Sequence record: MT446398.1
Direction: 5' to 3' (one strand)
Source of the DNA: Escherichia virus TH24
Length of the DNA stretch: 52,806 bases
Part shown: piece by piece, positions 19,001-29,843 of the stretch
Layout: each line of letters begins with the position of its first letter
Numbering within the stretch: position 1 is the first letter of the stretch
Notes under the pieces: model-generated
What the model saw: only the letters and a program-made list of their open reading frames with translations
What the model was told of the DNA's origin: nothing
Database searches by the model: none
Position numbers and translations under genes: made by a program

Positions 19001-20130
19001 CTGAAAACGGGTTCGTACAGAAGCCTGTTCAAGAAATCGTGTCGCACATTAATAGCAGATTCCTTAGCGTGTTTGGTGCCAACTTCGACATTAGTCCAGA
19101 AGGCCCAGATGGTCAGGTTATAGGAATCATATCAGAAGAAATTTCCAAGTGTTGGCAACAGGCTGAAATGGTGTTCAATGCCTATCGTCCTGGTGCAATG
19201 CAGAAGATTGGTCTGGACAACATCTGCGAACTAACCTTCACTAAACGGCTGGTCGACTGGCCTTCTCGTGTTGGTGTTCGTTGTGCTGGTCAGTCCGGCA
19301 CTCTTGTTCCTGCTGGCTCTATTGTCAGTGATGGGACAATGGATTTCGAAACACAGTATGATTGTGTCATTCCAGGAACTGTTACGGCAGTGGCAACTGA
19401 GACTGGCGAATACTATATTGCTGCCAACACTGTTAATAAAATCAATACACCAGTCGCAGGTTGGGAATCAGTTAACAACCCAGAGATTGGTCAAACAGGT
19501 GTGGATTATGAGTCTGACCCAGCACTTCGTACTCGCCGTGACAGGACTACTGCGCACAGCGGTTCGGCCTTTGTTGAAGCTATTTACGCTGCACTCGCTG
19601 ACCTTAATCTATCTTACCTTCGTATTCGTGATAATGATACCGGCGCTCCTATTGGGACTCAGCCTTCGGGTACAGTCTTTGTTGTCGTAGAGGGTGGAAC
19701 AGAAGACGAAATTGCTCGTCGAATCTACTCTTCCAAAACGGGCGGTGTCCCAACTCATGGGACTACATCTGTGTCTATTTATGACAGTAAAGGTTATCCA
19801 CACGAAGTTAAGTTCAGCCGTCCAGAAGATGAAATCATTTATGTAGCTGGTACATTCAAGCGTCGCCCTGGTTCTAACATTAGTTCCAATGATGCTGCCC
19901 GTCAGTTGCAAACGGCTATGATGGATTACATCAACTCCCTGAACCCAGGTGATTCTGTTATCTGGTCAGAATGTTTCAAGCCTATTATGGATGCCACCAA
20001 CGGTGTTCAGGTTGACTCATTGTTCATTGGTACTTCTGCGAGTCCTGCTGGAATTGCTACAATCGAACTGGACATTGATAAGAAAGCGGAAGCTACAACT
20101 GCATCTGTAATTTTCACTGAAACACCATAA
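18976..20130 (+). CDS. Baseplate J-like protein
   Basis: 384 aa, GAGGA RBS; gene order V-W-J-I as in P2/Mu-like baseplates. Confidence 0.6.
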   Translation: MATIQYGVTENGFVQKPVQEIVSHINSRFLSVFGANFDISPEGPDGQVIGIISEEISKCWQQAEMVFNAYRPGAMQKIGLDNICELTFTKRLVDWPSRVGVRCAGQSGTLVPAGSIVSDGTMDFETQYDCVIPGTVTAVATETGEYYIAANTVNKINTPVAGWESVNNPEIGQTGVDYESDPALRTRRDRTTAHSGSAFVEAIYAALADLNLSYLRIRDNDTGAPIGTQPSGTVFVVVEGGTEDEIARRIYSSKTGGVPTHGTTSVSIYDSKGYPHEVKFSRPEDEIIYVAGTFKRRPGSNISSNDAARQLQTAMMDYINSLNPGDSVIWSECFKPIMDATNGVQVDSLFIGTSASPAGIATIELDIDKKAEATTASVIFTETP

Positions 20131-20138
20131 GGTTAATC

Positions 20139-20783
20139 ATGGCTGGTAAATCTGGTTTAGATATGCTGCTAATGCAGTATAGCGATTCTCCAAACTTACG
20201 GGCATATATCCAGATTTTCTTGGACGAGTTAAAGCTCGTTCAAAATGCTCAAGAAGAGTCTGTTAAATATCGCTACCTTGCTGATTCATTCGGCGTCATG
20301 GTTGATGATATTGCATATCTCATTGGTGCCAGCCGTACTATCTATGGTGCTGCACCACTTGGGTACTTCGGTTTCTATTCTGACCCAAGTGCATTCCCTG
20401 CTGGAGATGACAATAATCCTGGCGTTGGTGGTGTCTTGAAGTCAGATAGTGACCGAGACTCTGGTGACTTTGTTCGTACCGACACTCAGCTTAAAGATGC
20501 GATACGTGCTCGTATTCGCAAGATTGTCGGAAGCTGTACAATCGAAGAACTGATTGTTTATGTAGACCTTGTTCTTGGTCGTAACTTGAATCTTGAAATT
20601 GTTGAAGGGTTCCAGACGTTACACTATCAGGTTCATAATACCTTGTCAGTTGCTGAGAAAGTCTTGTTAGCTTACATGCTGCCAGACTTTAAACCTGTTG
20701 GCATCTCCATAACCCTTGCAGACAATGGTGGTGCTATTGACCTTCCATACGTCTCTAAAGTTTATCCACCGGAGAACCAATGA
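20139..20783 (+). CDS. Baseplate or tail protein (gpI-like, putative)
   Basis: 214 aa after the J-like gene; AAGG RBS. Confidence 0.5.
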   Translation: MAGKSGLDMLLMQYSDSPNLRAYIQIFLDELKLVQNAQEESVKYRYLADSFGVMVDDIAYLIGASRTIYGAAPLGYFGFYSDPSAFPAGDDNNPGVGGVLKSDSDRDSGDFVRTDTQLKDAIRARIRKIVGSCTIEELIVYVDLVLGRNLNLEIVEGFQTLHYQVHNTLSVAEKVLLAYMLPDFKPVGISITLADNGGAIDLPYVSKVYPPENQ

Positions 20784-21979
20784 CAAATCGTTTGAATTAC
20801 CCAGAATATTGGGCGCAGGATGGCGAAGCACTTGACCCCGACTTGGATACAACTGCACCATCCTATATTCCAGACCGATATGCCACTGTTGGTTGGGAAG
20901 CTGAAAAGCCTCCTGAACAATGGCAGAACTTCTTAACTCAAATCACTGACGTCAAGATTCGAGAGATGTTGCTTGGTGGCATACTTCAATGGTGCGACAC
21001 TGTAACATATTCACTCGGTGCTTTTGCATTAGTTGATGGTAAGATTTATCAGAAGCGGGAAGAGATTCCTGGGAATATAAATCCTTCAACCTCTGGAAGT
21101 GGGTGGCAGGAAGTTCTTGAGACTAACCTCGTTCAGTATAATGAAAAGGTCCAATATCTCAAGAACACGTTCAATGCCCACATGGCAGAACAGAACCCGC
21201 ACAAGGATACTGTAGACACAATTGTTGATGGGACATACCTTCAAGATTATGTGTATGACAGGTTTGCCAGTGACGAACGAGTTACAACAATCCCGTATCA
21301 CATCCCCAGAACTGGTGCATCTGTTCACAGGGTAACTCCAGAACAACTTGGAACACTTCCAACATCTGGTGGAACCTTCACAGGTCCGATAGTCTTCACC
21401 GAAGAAGCATATGCTGGTAGCGGTGTTTCACAATATGCACATCGAAATGATTCGACTGGCGTATTTGAATTGGTCAACGGAACTACTGCAATCGGTGTGG
21501 ACAGTGGTGGACACGCGTGGTTCATCAACTCTGCGGGTGCTTTTGAAATCATTACGGAAGCAAACTACAACAGCTTCAACATTAAGTATGGTAATCAGTT
21601 TGCACTTCCTGTGCCAATGCTCCGTGCCAACTTCCATGAAGATATTAATGACGCAGAGTCTGTTGGTTTGTGGACTGTCGAGACAACCATTGACCCAGAG
21701 TTTTGGTATGGTGGATTTAAAATCTCTGACAATGGGTTGAAATTCTTTGGTCCGATTCTGAACATACCTACTACTGTGGTTGTTGTAGTTACTACCGATG
21801 AAGTTGACGTGGTCATGCGAACTGCCAATGGAGATTCTTTCAACTTTCCTGACGGACTTGATTTGAAAGACTACATTGATAATAACTTATTTGCAGATAA
21901 GACTGTGATGGCTCTAAGATTCTTTGCCGTATATCCAAGACTTTCTGCCAACCAAATCTCTATGCTTGCGAGACGATAA
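20780..21979 (+). CDS. Tail fibre protein
   Basis: 399 aa; fibre-like NPHK motif; GGAGA RBS. Confidence 0.55.
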   Translation: MTNRLNYPEYWAQDGEALDPDLDTTAPSYIPDRYATVGWEAEKPPEQWQNFLTQITDVKIREMLLGGILQWCDTVTYSLGAFALVDGKIYQKREEIPGNINPSTSGSGWQEVLETNLVQYNEKVQYLKNTFNAHMAEQNPHKDTVDTIVDGTYLQDYVYDRFASDERVTTIPYHIPRTGASVHRVTPEQLGTLPTSGGTFTGPIVFTEEAYAGSGVSQYAHRNDSTGVFELVNGTTAIGVDSGGHAWFINSAGAFEIITEANYNSFNIKYGNQFALPVPMLRANFHEDINDAESVGLWTVETTIDPEFWYGGFKISDNGLKFFGPILNIPTTVVVVVTTDEVDVVMRTANGDSFNFPDGLDLKDYIDNNLFADKTVMALRFFAVYPRLSANQISMLARR

Positions 21980-23370
21980 TGTTAAGACCAAAACTTAATA
22001 GAGTCTGGACTTCGAACAACGCCAACTTACGGCGTGACCCAGGAGATGCTAAATATCTTCAAGGGTGGATTGCAGAAATCCCAACCTTCCAGGTTCTTAA
22101 CTATTTGCAGTATAAGGTTGACACTACTCTTCTGGCATTAGCTGAACGTGGTGTCTTCGAATGGGGAACCGATGTTCAGTACGGACTTGGTTCCCTTGTG
22201 TGGGATGATGCAACTCGAACTGTTTATGTTGCAACTGTTGGTTCTCCTAGTCGTACTCTGCGCCCTAGTCAGAACTTAGGGCAGTGGGCTGCAAGTGCGA
22301 TTCAAGTATCTCGTTATGACTACGACGATATTGTTAGTAAGATTTCTGCACACATTGCAGATGTTACTTCTAACCCGCACAGACTAACAGCCAACATGAT
22401 TGGTGCATACAACAAAGCACAAATTGATTCGTTGATTGCTCAATATAATGCCCTTGTTGCAAGTCATGCCAACGACCGAAACAATCCCCATCAAGTAACT
22501 GCTGCTCAGGCAGGTGCTGTACCTGTCATTGGCGGCACTTATACCGGACCTGTTACATTCCAGCAAGGTATGTTGTTTGATGCAAGTGGAACCACAAAGT
22601 TGTCATTCGGTCCTGCTGGCTTCTACATGCAGTCTGGTGATACACGTATTGGCCTGGATGCCAGTGGTGTTCCAGTTGTTGGAAAGGTTTCAACAAACAC
22701 CAACTCTCGAATCATTACTGATGCAACATTTGCAGAAGTTAAGGCTCGTGAAGAACCAAAGTATGCTGTACCAGAACCAAACTTCTGCCAGCATTTGATT
22801 GGTGACTTCAACATTAACTATGGAAAGGGTGCAATTAACGCCTCCGACAATTTGTATTTTAACAATGCTTATGGTGGTGCTCTGTACAGAACTGCTGGCC
22901 AGGATGTTCGAGAAACTTTGTACGAAGGTAGTGGGTACGGATTTAAGGATTGCACAATCTGTGTTGATGTTCTTTCTAACACACCTCGTGCACCAGATAG
23001 CGACGACAGTGTTGGCATCTACTTCTCGCTTAATGGTGTTAGTGGTGAGAACATAGACTTCTTTTTGAAGAACAAAGGACAACTCAGTGTTAGCCGAAGC
23101 TCTGCTGCTGGTCCTGACTGGATTTACTACACCATCCCTGGGCAGGTGAATAAATGGTATCGTATAGCTGCAACATTAAGTACGACCTCTGGCCTTGAAA
23201 TCTATGTTGATGGTGTGCGTGTGGCAGTGGATACATCACAGAACGTTGCTGCTGCATGTGTTGGCAGGTATCCGCAGATTCACTTCCACCCAACATCAAG
23301 AAACTATGCTGTTCGCAACTTCCGAGTTTGGGACTTTAAGATGACCCCGAACCAGGTATCAACTTTATAA
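21979..23370 (+). CDS. Tail fibre protein with C-terminal lectin/LamG-like domain
   Basis: N-terminal fibre repeats (SNPHRL, NNPHQVTAAQAGAVP); C-terminal jelly-roll-like segment (YFSLNGVSGENIDFFLKNKGQLSV...LEIYVDGVRV). Confidence 0.55.
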   Translation: MLRPKLNRVWTSNNANLRRDPGDAKYLQGWIAEIPTFQVLNYLQYKVDTTLLALAERGVFEWGTDVQYGLGSLVWDDATRTVYVATVGSPSRTLRPSQNLGQWAASAIQVSRYDYDDIVSKISAHIADVTSNPHRLTANMIGAYNKAQIDSLIAQYNALVASHANDRNNPHQVTAAQAGAVPVIGGTYTGPVTFQQGMLFDASGTTKLSFGPAGFYMQSGDTRIGLDASGVPVVGKVSTNTNSRIITDATFAEVKAREEPKYAVPEPNFCQHLIGDFNINYGKGAINASDNLYFNNAYGGALYRTAGQDVRETLYEGSGYGFKDCTICVDVLSNTPRAPDSDDSVGIYFSLNGVSGENIDFFLKNKGQLSVSRSSAAGPDWIYYTIPGQVNKWYRIAATLSTTSGLEIYVDGVRVAVDTSQNVAAACVGRYPQIHFHPTSRNYAVRNFRVWDFKMTPNQVSTL

Positions 23371-23379
23371 GGTAATGTA

Positions 23380-24732
23380 ATGGCTAAAGGTTGGTCATTT
23401 GGCGGCTTAGTTGCCGCCTTAAAGTCTGCTGCATTCTTAAATGCAGGTACTGCTCGTGGTGAAGTAATCACTGTTGGACAAAAGAATGCCCAGATTCCAA
23501 CCACAGCATTTGTAACTGGCTTCAACTTCAATACCTACACTTTTGTAAATGGTGAGGTTCTGTACGTTGAAATAGGCTCTGCTGTTAACGTTCCACCAGA
23601 GTTGCAGAAGTGGGACTTGTCTTCTGTAAGCGGTGCGTATGTAATCATTACTGTTCTTGGCGTGTCTGATAACAGCAATGCTTCAATCTTGGTAACACAT
23701 GGTCAGGCAGCACGTCCTCCGATTATGTATTATTCTCAAGGTGCATCTGGTAGCAGGTCGTATACAGCACATGCTGTAATAACTTGCAAGAGTGCCGGAA
23801 CCATGAACATTAACGCGCTTACAAGTTCGTCAGACGTTGGTATCTACTATCAAGAGTCTGATGCTGTTGCTGGCTCCGCTGGTGGCTATCCGGCAGCACA
23901 GGCTGGTACTTTGGAAGTTCTCCCAACTGCATACAATGTTCAGCAACGTTATACATCAATTTACGGAAACGTTTGGGTTCGAAGTCGTACACTTGATGCC
24001 ACACAAAACTGGACCAACTGGAGAGAGCTTGCACGAGTAATGCAGCGTGACCGCATCACAGAAGTTGGTGGGATAGAGATGTATAACAATTTACCATACA
24101 TCGACTTCCACTATGCAAACTCTGGTTTAGACTACACTGCACGTATTATCGCAGAAGGGCCCGACCAGCTGACTCTACGTGGTACTGGCCCAGGCTTCAA
24201 ACTCAACCTGGATGGCCAATATCGCGGCACAGCTTATGGTCGTGGTTGGGGCCAAGAAACTGACGGCAACGTTCCTTATGGGGTGTATGACTGTAAAGTG
24301 GCTCCAGGTGCCTGGGTCCCAATCTTGACACTACAAACTGTAACAAATGGTCAAGGGTATGGAACCCACATTTCATTTGGTGCCCTCACCAAAGATAATG
24401 ATTTCTCAAGTCCTGTAATCTCCCGACGCGGGGATAATGGTGCTGTACACAACTGGATATTCCAGAATGACGGCAACATTGATTACACTGGCAATGGTGG
24501 CCCATTCCGGTTTGCACGAGAGAAATGGGTAATCGATTCTTTCGTGATGGATATTCGCCTGGCCTCCTACCAAGAAACACAAGCCTGGCATGGCTATGGT
24601 TACTCCGATGCGTCTGGTTGGGTAATCACTGCCGTATATAACCAAACTGCTGACGAATTTATTGACATTGTTGGTCGTCGTAAACTTCAGAAATATATGA
24701 ATGGGACGTGGTATGACAGTTATTCTGTGTAA
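23380..24732 (+). CDS. Tail fibre or receptor-binding protein (putative)
   Basis: 450 aa after the fibre genes; AAGG RBS. Confidence 0.5.
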   Translation: MAKGWSFGGLVAALKSAAFLNAGTARGEVITVGQKNAQIPTTAFVTGFNFNTYTFVNGEVLYVEIGSAVNVPPELQKWDLSSVSGAYVIITVLGVSDNSNASILVTHGQAARPPIMYYSQGASGSRSYTAHAVITCKSAGTMNINALTSSSDVGIYYQESDAVAGSAGGYPAAQAGTLEVLPTAYNVQQRYTSIYGNVWVRSRTLDATQNWTNWRELARVMQRDRITEVGGIEMYNNLPYIDFHYANSGLDYTARIIAEGPDQLTLRGTGPGFKLNLDGQYRGTAYGRGWGQETDGNVPYGVYDCKVAPGAWVPILTLQTVTNGQGYGTHISFGALTKDNDFSSPVISRRGDNGAVHNWIFQNDGNIDYTGNGGPFRFAREKWVIDSFVMDIRLASYQETQAWHGYGYSDASGWVITAVYNQTADEFIDIVGRRKLQKYMNGTWYDSYSV

Positions 24733-25243
24733 GTATGAAGGGTTTGTTGAGAACACAGACCTGACTGAAAGCCAGCAAGTGCTCAAGGACGAGCACAAGA
24801 TTCTTTTCGGATGTGATAAGAATAGAACATGCTGGTATAAGATTCGCAAATCTTTAAAAGACGGCACGGCCAAAGTTGTTTATGAAGATGATGGCTCTAT
24901 CCGACACATTGACTTTGGTCCTGGCGACACTGTGGCTACTCCGCTCGGTGGAAACATAGTTGAGCTGGAGTCACTGCCAGATGGTGTTGAAGAAAACAGA
25001 CACTTCTGGAAGTTTGATGGCGAGAAGTTTGTTGAGCATAAAGAAAACCGTGTGAAATATAACGAGTTTATGCGTAAGAAGAAACTTGCGCCACTTACGG
25101 AAGAAATCGGCATCCTCACCGACATGGTTGAGCTTGGTATGGCTAAGAAGTCGGACAACGAATTGTTGATTGAACTTAAGAAGAAGCGTATCAAACTATC
25201 TCAACTCGACTCAACCGAAGTAATTGACTGGAAAGAACTCTAA
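24701..25243 (+). CDS. Tail fibre assembly chaperone (putative)
   Basis: 180 aa; C-terminal pattern (LAPLTEEIGILTDMVELGMA...IDWKEL) resembles fibre-assembly proteins. Start 24701 or 24713. Confidence 0.5.
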   Translation: MGRGMTVILCKYEGFVENTDLTESQQVLKDEHKILFGCDKNRTCWYKIRKSLKDGTAKVVYEDDGSIRHIDFGPGDTVATPLGGNIVELESLPDGVEENRHFWKFDGEKFVEHKENRVKYNEFMRKKKLAPLTEEIGILTDMVELGMAKKSDNELLIELKKKRIKLSQLDSTEVIDWKEL

Positions 25244-25584
25244 TGGATAGACAAACTTTCCAGATGGTATGGGAAGCAATGCACCAGTACGGAGTCCTGC
25301 ATGGACTTCTTGCTGGATTGACTGCACTTATTCGTGGAGCATACGAGAAGGAAGGCTTACTGAAGGCCATTCTCGATGCCCTATTATGTGTTGTCATTGG
25401 GACCTTCGTGTTCTCCCTCCCAGGTTTCGTAGACATATTCAAAGACGAACCTCGCTATGCAACAATCGCTGCAATGGTGATTGGACTGATTGGGGCTAAC
25501 CTAATCATTACAACGATTCGTGATTGCTTCACTGCTGCAATCAAACAACTCAACCCACTAAATTGGTTTAAGAAGGCCAAATAA
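25243..25584 (+). CDS. Holin (putative)
   Basis: 113 aa with two hydrophobic helices (LLKAILDALLCVVIGTFVFSL; YATIAAMVIGLIGANLIITTI) and a charged C-terminus; adjacent to a peptidoglycan hydrolase. Confidence 0.5.
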   Translation: MDRQTFQMVWEAMHQYGVLHGLLAGLTALIRGAYEKEGLLKAILDALLCVVIGTFVFSLPGFVDIFKDEPRYATIAAMVIGLIGANLIITTIRDCFTAAIKQLNPLNWFKKAK

Positions 25585-25602
25585 TGCAAACAAGGAACTT
25601 CA

Positions 25603-26160
25603 ATGCTACAAGCACAAGTTCTTGCATTTCTGTTGGTGAGTCTGTTTCACGCAAATGTCCCAGCTTCGGCTGGGGCAGTGAACACTACTATTACAGATTT
25701 TGCAAGTCATTCTTATTTAAATGGAAGTCTGAAACTATCTTCTTCACAACGCAAAGAGCTAGAATGCTACACTAAAGTTGTCTGGTATGAAGCTCGTGGA
25801 GAAGACAAACATGGAAAGATTCTGGTAGCTAATGTCGTCCGTAATAGAACTGAGTTCGGGAAGCCATTCGCTAACACCGTTTGTGATGTTGTCTATCAAC
25901 GCAATCAATTTGCATGGGCACGAGAAGCAAAGAAGAAGAATGCTCAATGGAAGCATGTAGCAAAGGTTAATTATGCCACAGAACAACAACAAGTTCTGGA
26001 CACCATTAACGTTGCAATCTCTTTTGTACTATTTAATCAACCCTCTGTCACCAAAGCAACTCACTTTTGTACAGCATCGGAGAAGTGCAACTTCAAGAAT
26101 GTTAAAGGTTTGGGTCGTTATGGTGGTCATAAATTCTATGAGTATCTAGGAAATCTGTAA
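25603..26160 (+). CDS. SleB-like cell-wall hydrolase with N-terminal signal/anchor sequence
   Basis: [51 protein letters not shown] matches the SleB/Hydrolase_2 core; N-terminal [23 protein letters not shown]. Confidence 0.65.
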   Translation: MLQAQVLAFLLVSLFHANVPASAGAVNTTITDFASHSYLNGSLKLSSSQRKELECYTKVVWYEARGEDKHGKILVANVVRNRTEFGKPFANTVCDVVYQRNQFAWAREAKKKNAQWKHVAKVNYATEQQQVLDTINVAISFVLFNQPSVTKATHFCTASEKCNFKNVKGLGRYGGHKFYEYLGNL

Positions 26161-27278
26161 TGGCTTACACTACCTTTTCACAAACCAAGAATAACCAACT
26201 ATTAGAACCAATGTTCTTTGGTCAGAACGTCAACGTTGCTCGCTATGACCAACAGAAGTACGGCATATTCGAGAAGTTGATTGAGAAACAATTGTCATTC
26301 TTCTGGAGACCGGAAGAGGTAGATGTTTCACAAGACCGTATTGATTATCAGAAGCTCCCACCAAATGAGCAGCACATTTTCACCAGTAATTTGCGCTATC
26401 AAATCCTTCTGGACTCCATTCAGGGACGTGGGCCTAACACAGTTTTGCTTCCAATCGTGAGCATTCCTGAGCTAGAAACTTGGATTGAAACTTGGTCTTT
26501 CTCCGAGACTATCCATTCACGTTCTTACACCCACATCATTCGAAACATTGTTACAGACCCAAGCATTATCTTTGATGAAATCGTAACTAACGAACACATC
26601 AAAGCACGAGCAATTGGCATCTCCCAATATTATGACGAACTTCAACAACTCACTGCATTATGGCAGTTGTTCGGAGAAGGGAATCATGCTGGTCATGAAA
26701 TTAGTCTGCGAGAGTTGAAGAAGAAGCTCTATCTATGCCTCATGTCTATCAACGCACTGGAAGCAATTCGCTTCTATGTTAGCTTTGCTTGCTCATTTGC
26801 CTTCGCTGAACGTAAGCTAATGGAAGGAAATGCCAAGATTATTCGACTGATTGCACGAGATGAAGCACTCCATTTGACCGGAACTCAGCACATGTTGAAT
26901 ATCCTGGCGAGTGGTAAAGATGACCCAGAAATGGGCGAAATTGCCCAAGAATGTCGTGAAGAATGCCAGAAATTATTCGAAGATGCTGCTCAACAAGAGA
27001 AAGATTGGGCCGATTATCTGTTCAAAGATGGCTCCATGATTGGCTTAAACAAGCAAATTCTGTGCGGATATGTGGAATATATCACGAATATTCGTATGCA
27101 AGCAGTTGGATTAGATGCTCCATTCAAAGGTGCAACTAACCCGATTCCGTGGATTAACGCATGGTTGAATTCGGATGCTGTACAGGTTGCTCCACAGGAA
27201 ACGGAGATTAGTTCTTACCTGGTCGGGCAAATTGACTCCGAAGTTGATACTGATGCGCTTGGTGGATTCGAGTTGTAA
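26160..27278 (+). CDS. nrdB: Ribonucleotide reductase class Ia beta subunit (orphan, enterobacterial-like)
   Basis: Near-colinear with E. coli NrdB as I recall it ([11 protein letters not shown]..., [54 protein letters not shown]-terminal [14 protein letters not shown]); no nrdA-sized ORF in the genome. Confidence 0.9.
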   Translation: MAYTTFSQTKNNQLLEPMFFGQNVNVARYDQQKYGIFEKLIEKQLSFFWRPEEVDVSQDRIDYQKLPPNEQHIFTSNLRYQILLDSIQGRGPNTVLLPIVSIPELETWIETWSFSETIHSRSYTHIIRNIVTDPSIIFDEIVTNEHIKARAIGISQYYDELQQLTALWQLFGEGNHAGHEISLRELKKKLYLCLMSINALEAIRFYVSFACSFAFAERKLMEGNAKIIRLIARDEALHLTGTQHMLNILASGKDDPEMGEIAQECREECQKLFEDAAQQEKDWADYLFKDGSMIGLNKQILCGYVEYITNIRMQAVGLDAPFKGATNPIPWINAWLNSDAVQVAPQETEISSYLVGQIDSEVDTDALGGFEL

Positions 27279-27300
27279 CGATTAAATGGGAGAAGAGATT

Positions 27301-27325
27301 CGATGCGTTAGCGTCGTTTCTCTTT
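27301..27325 (+). terminator. Rho-independent terminator after nrdB
   Basis: CGATGC-gtta-GCGTCG stem-loop followed by TTTCTCTTT. Confidence 0.5.
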
Positions 27326-27533
27326 GAGCTAGAATAAAATAAGTAAGTTTCCAATATTACTTATTCCCAATATTGCTACAATATTAAGAGTAATATTAGG
27401 AATGCGTAAAGTTCAAAACCAAATGGTACATGGTCGGTCAACTGTATCTAGCCGGAATTTGTTCGAACAGAAGTCCGACTATGTTATAAAATTTTTATAT
27501 AATTTTTTTTTTAATTTAAATATTGTTACAGAA

Positions 27534-27580
27534 TTAATGAGACTAGAATTGTTACGATATTAACGAGACTAGAATTGTGG
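27534..27580 (+). repeat. Tandem direct repeat (TAAYGAGACTAGAATTGT x2) beside an AT-rich tract; candidate early promoters or origin
   Basis: Two copies 26 bp apart, each with a TTGTTA...TAGAAT arrangement; preceded by a ~40-bp A/T tract (27488-27525). Confidence 0.45.
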
Positions 27581-27769
27581 CAATATTATAATTTTATTTT
27601 TGGGCCAGCGGGGAGGGGAAGCCCAACGTCCTATCGGACTTAAATACGGTCCCTACCCCAACTTTTTCCTGTAGCCTATCGGCTTTCAAACAACTCCAAG
27701 TTAGGCGCTTCGCTTATGAGTCAAGGTCAAAGTCTCCGTGCTGTTGTATCAATGGCACAGGTTTGTGGT

Positions 27770-27784
27770 ATTAGTTGGACGTGA
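27770..27784 (+). promoter_or_regulatory. Variant of the conserved ATTAGTTGGATGTGA motif upstream of the RNAP gene
   Basis: ATTAGTTGGACGTGA, one mismatch to the core, 77 nt upstream of the RNAP ATG; a TATAAT hexamer lies at 27806-27811. Confidence 0.3.
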
Positions 27785-27860
27785 ATTGTGTAATGGCTAC
27801 GCTATTATAATCCGTTTCATTCAAATCATACACAATCTTGGAGACTTACAAATGACTACT

Positions 27861-29792
27861 ATCACTACTCAAACTATCAAATCTGTTGTTCCTGCTATCA
27901 CTGCTCTGGTATACCGTGCCAAAGAGAAGCAGAACTATATGCAGCCTCAGACTTGTGCTATTGCTGCCTTAGCCATATTCAAGATGATGACGTCTTTCAC
28001 GCGTGATGACGTTATTCCGGCTATCTCGATGGTTGAACTGGCTTCTGCTTCCATTGCTGATGCCAACCGCTACAACAACGACTTAAAGTCAATGCACTAT
28101 GTTGACCCAGCTATCAACCTGATTGGTCTGGCTAAACACTTCGGTTTCATCACCATGAACGAGGACAAATCGTTCCAGATGACTGATGCATGGGTTGAAC
28201 TGGTTACAACCAAAGATACCTCAGTTCCATTCACTGAGCGTGTAACAAATGAATCTCGTCGTAAGCCTTTCGTTAAAGGTGGCAAAGTTAAGCCATCCAA
28301 GACTCTGAAAGCTGCGATTGAATTCCTGCAAGATACTGAATATCACGTTGATGCAACAATGGTTAAGGTTATCTCTTCCATGTTAGAACAACGTACATTT
28401 GGTGGCTTACAGATGCCAGAAGCAATCCAGACTGAACTCCATGTTTGGAACAATGCTGTAGCAATGGTTGGTCAGGACACTCTGTTCTCTGACTACTTTG
28501 CTGATAACCGTGGTCGTCTGTATCATGTAGCATGTGCTGGTCCTAACCCACAATCATCTGACTTTGCTCGTTGCCTGTATTCCCACAATGTTGAGAACAC
28601 TGTGAGCAAGTTTAATGCTGATGGTTCAACAACTCTGGCATACAACATGTTCATGCTTGAGCTGGAAGATATCGCTGGTGGAGACTGGACTTCTGCAAAA
28701 CGTTTAACTTATGTTGCTCAGAATCCAGCTGGTTCACTTGCTCGCATGTTGAATATGCCTAAAGGTGAGCGTCCTTCTAAGCCATTCACTTATGTTCGTC
28801 TGGCTCTGGATTGGTTCAAGTTTGAGACTACAGGTGAGTGCGATTCTCGTGTAGGCTTTGGCTTAGATGCTAAATGTTCTGGTACTCAATACTTGGCATT
28901 CATTGCTGGTAATATGGAGATGGCTCGTGCAACAGGTCTGGTTGATTCTGAGACTAAAGCATCTGACCCATACCAGTTATCTCTTCGTGAACTGTTGAAG
29001 TTGCTTGACCGTTCTTCAATGAAACCATCCGCTGAAATTATGGATGAATTCTTGAATCCGAAAGCTGGTCGTAAGTTTATCAAAACTCCATACATGGCTA
29101 TCCAATATGGTGGTGGTAAAGCTGCACTAACTGGTTCTTCTGATTTCATCGCATACATGACAGAAGCTCTCCAGATTCCTATGGAGAAAGCTGATGCATT
29201 TGCTGAACTTTGTGTAGAAGCAATCCATAACGCATTGGGTGCTAAGATTAACATGTTCATCGAGAAAGCTGCTGATGCTGCATTTGCTCGTTGTGTTGAA
29301 CTCAACAAAGAGTACATCACATATAAGCACACTGATGGCCAAGTTGTAATGAAGCCTTGCTTCCCATCTCGTGATGTTTGTGATGCGTTCAGCATTCGTG
29401 TTGACTCTCAAACTCGTGTCATCTTTGGTCAGATTCAGGAGAATAAGCCTTGGACCATTCGTGAGTCCAATCCAACTAAGGAAGAATTCAAGCGTACTTT
29501 CGTTGTTAACTACATTCAAGGTATTGACGCATTGGTTGCTCGTACTGTTGCAGTCAAAGCTAAAGAAGCTGGTCTTCGTGGCTTTACTTCAATTCACGAT
29601 TGCTTCCGTTGCTGCTTGGCTGATGCTCCTAAAATGATGGAAGTGATTCGTTCTGCTTATATTGAAATCTTTGTTCATAATAATCAGTTTGAATCTTTGT
29701 CTAAGCAACTTGGTGGCATCAACATGTACCATGAGAACATCGTAACAGAAGAGCTTCTGATGAGCGAACACGCTTACTATTTCTGTCAATAA
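27861..29792 (+). CDS. Single-subunit (T7-like) DNA-dependent RNA polymerase, compact form
   Basis: GFGLDAKCSGTQ (motif A Asp), RKFIKTPYMAIQYGGG (motif B), FTSIHDCF (motif C Asp). ATG 27861 with GGAGA RBS; 643 aa versus 883 in T7. Confidence 0.8.
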   Translation: MTTQTIKSVVPAITALVYRAKEKQNYMQPQTCAIAALAIFKMMTSFTRDDVIPAISMVELASASIADANRYNNDLKSMHYVDPAINLIGLAKHFGFITMNEDKSFQMTDAWVELVTTKDTSVPFTERVTNESRRKPFVKGGKVKPSKTLKAAIEFLQDTEYHVDATMVKVISSMLEQRTFGGLQMPEAIQTELHVWNNAVAMVGQDTLFSDYFADNRGRLYHVACAGPNPQSSDFARCLYSHNVENTVSKFNADGSTTLAYNMFMLELEDIAGGDWTSAKRLTYVAQNPAGSLARMLNMPKGERPSKPFTYVRLALDWFKFETTGECDSRVGFGLDAKCSGTQYLAFIAGNMEMARATGLVDSETKASDPYQLSLRELLKLLDRSSMKPSAEIMDEFLNPKAGRKFIKTPYMAIQYGGGKAALTGSSDFIAYMTEALQIPMEKADAFAELCVEAIHNALGAKINMFIEKAADAAFARCVELNKEYITYKHTDGQVVMKPCFPSRDVCDAFSIRVDSQTRVIFGQIQENKPWTIRESNPTKEEFKRTFVVNYIQGIDALVARTVAVKAKEAGLRGFTSIHDCFRCCLADAPKMMEVIRSAYIEIFVHNNQFESLSKQLGGINMYHENIVTEELLMSEHAYYFCQ

Positions 29793-29799
29793 GAGAATC

Positions 29800-29843
29800 A
29801 GGGCTGTCATCGAAAGGTGATGGCCCTTTCTTTATTCTTTATT
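29800..29843 (+). terminator. Rho-independent terminator after RNAP gene
   Basis: AGGGC(tgt)CATC-gaaaggt-GATGGCCCT followed by TTCTTTATTCTTTATT. Confidence 0.5.
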
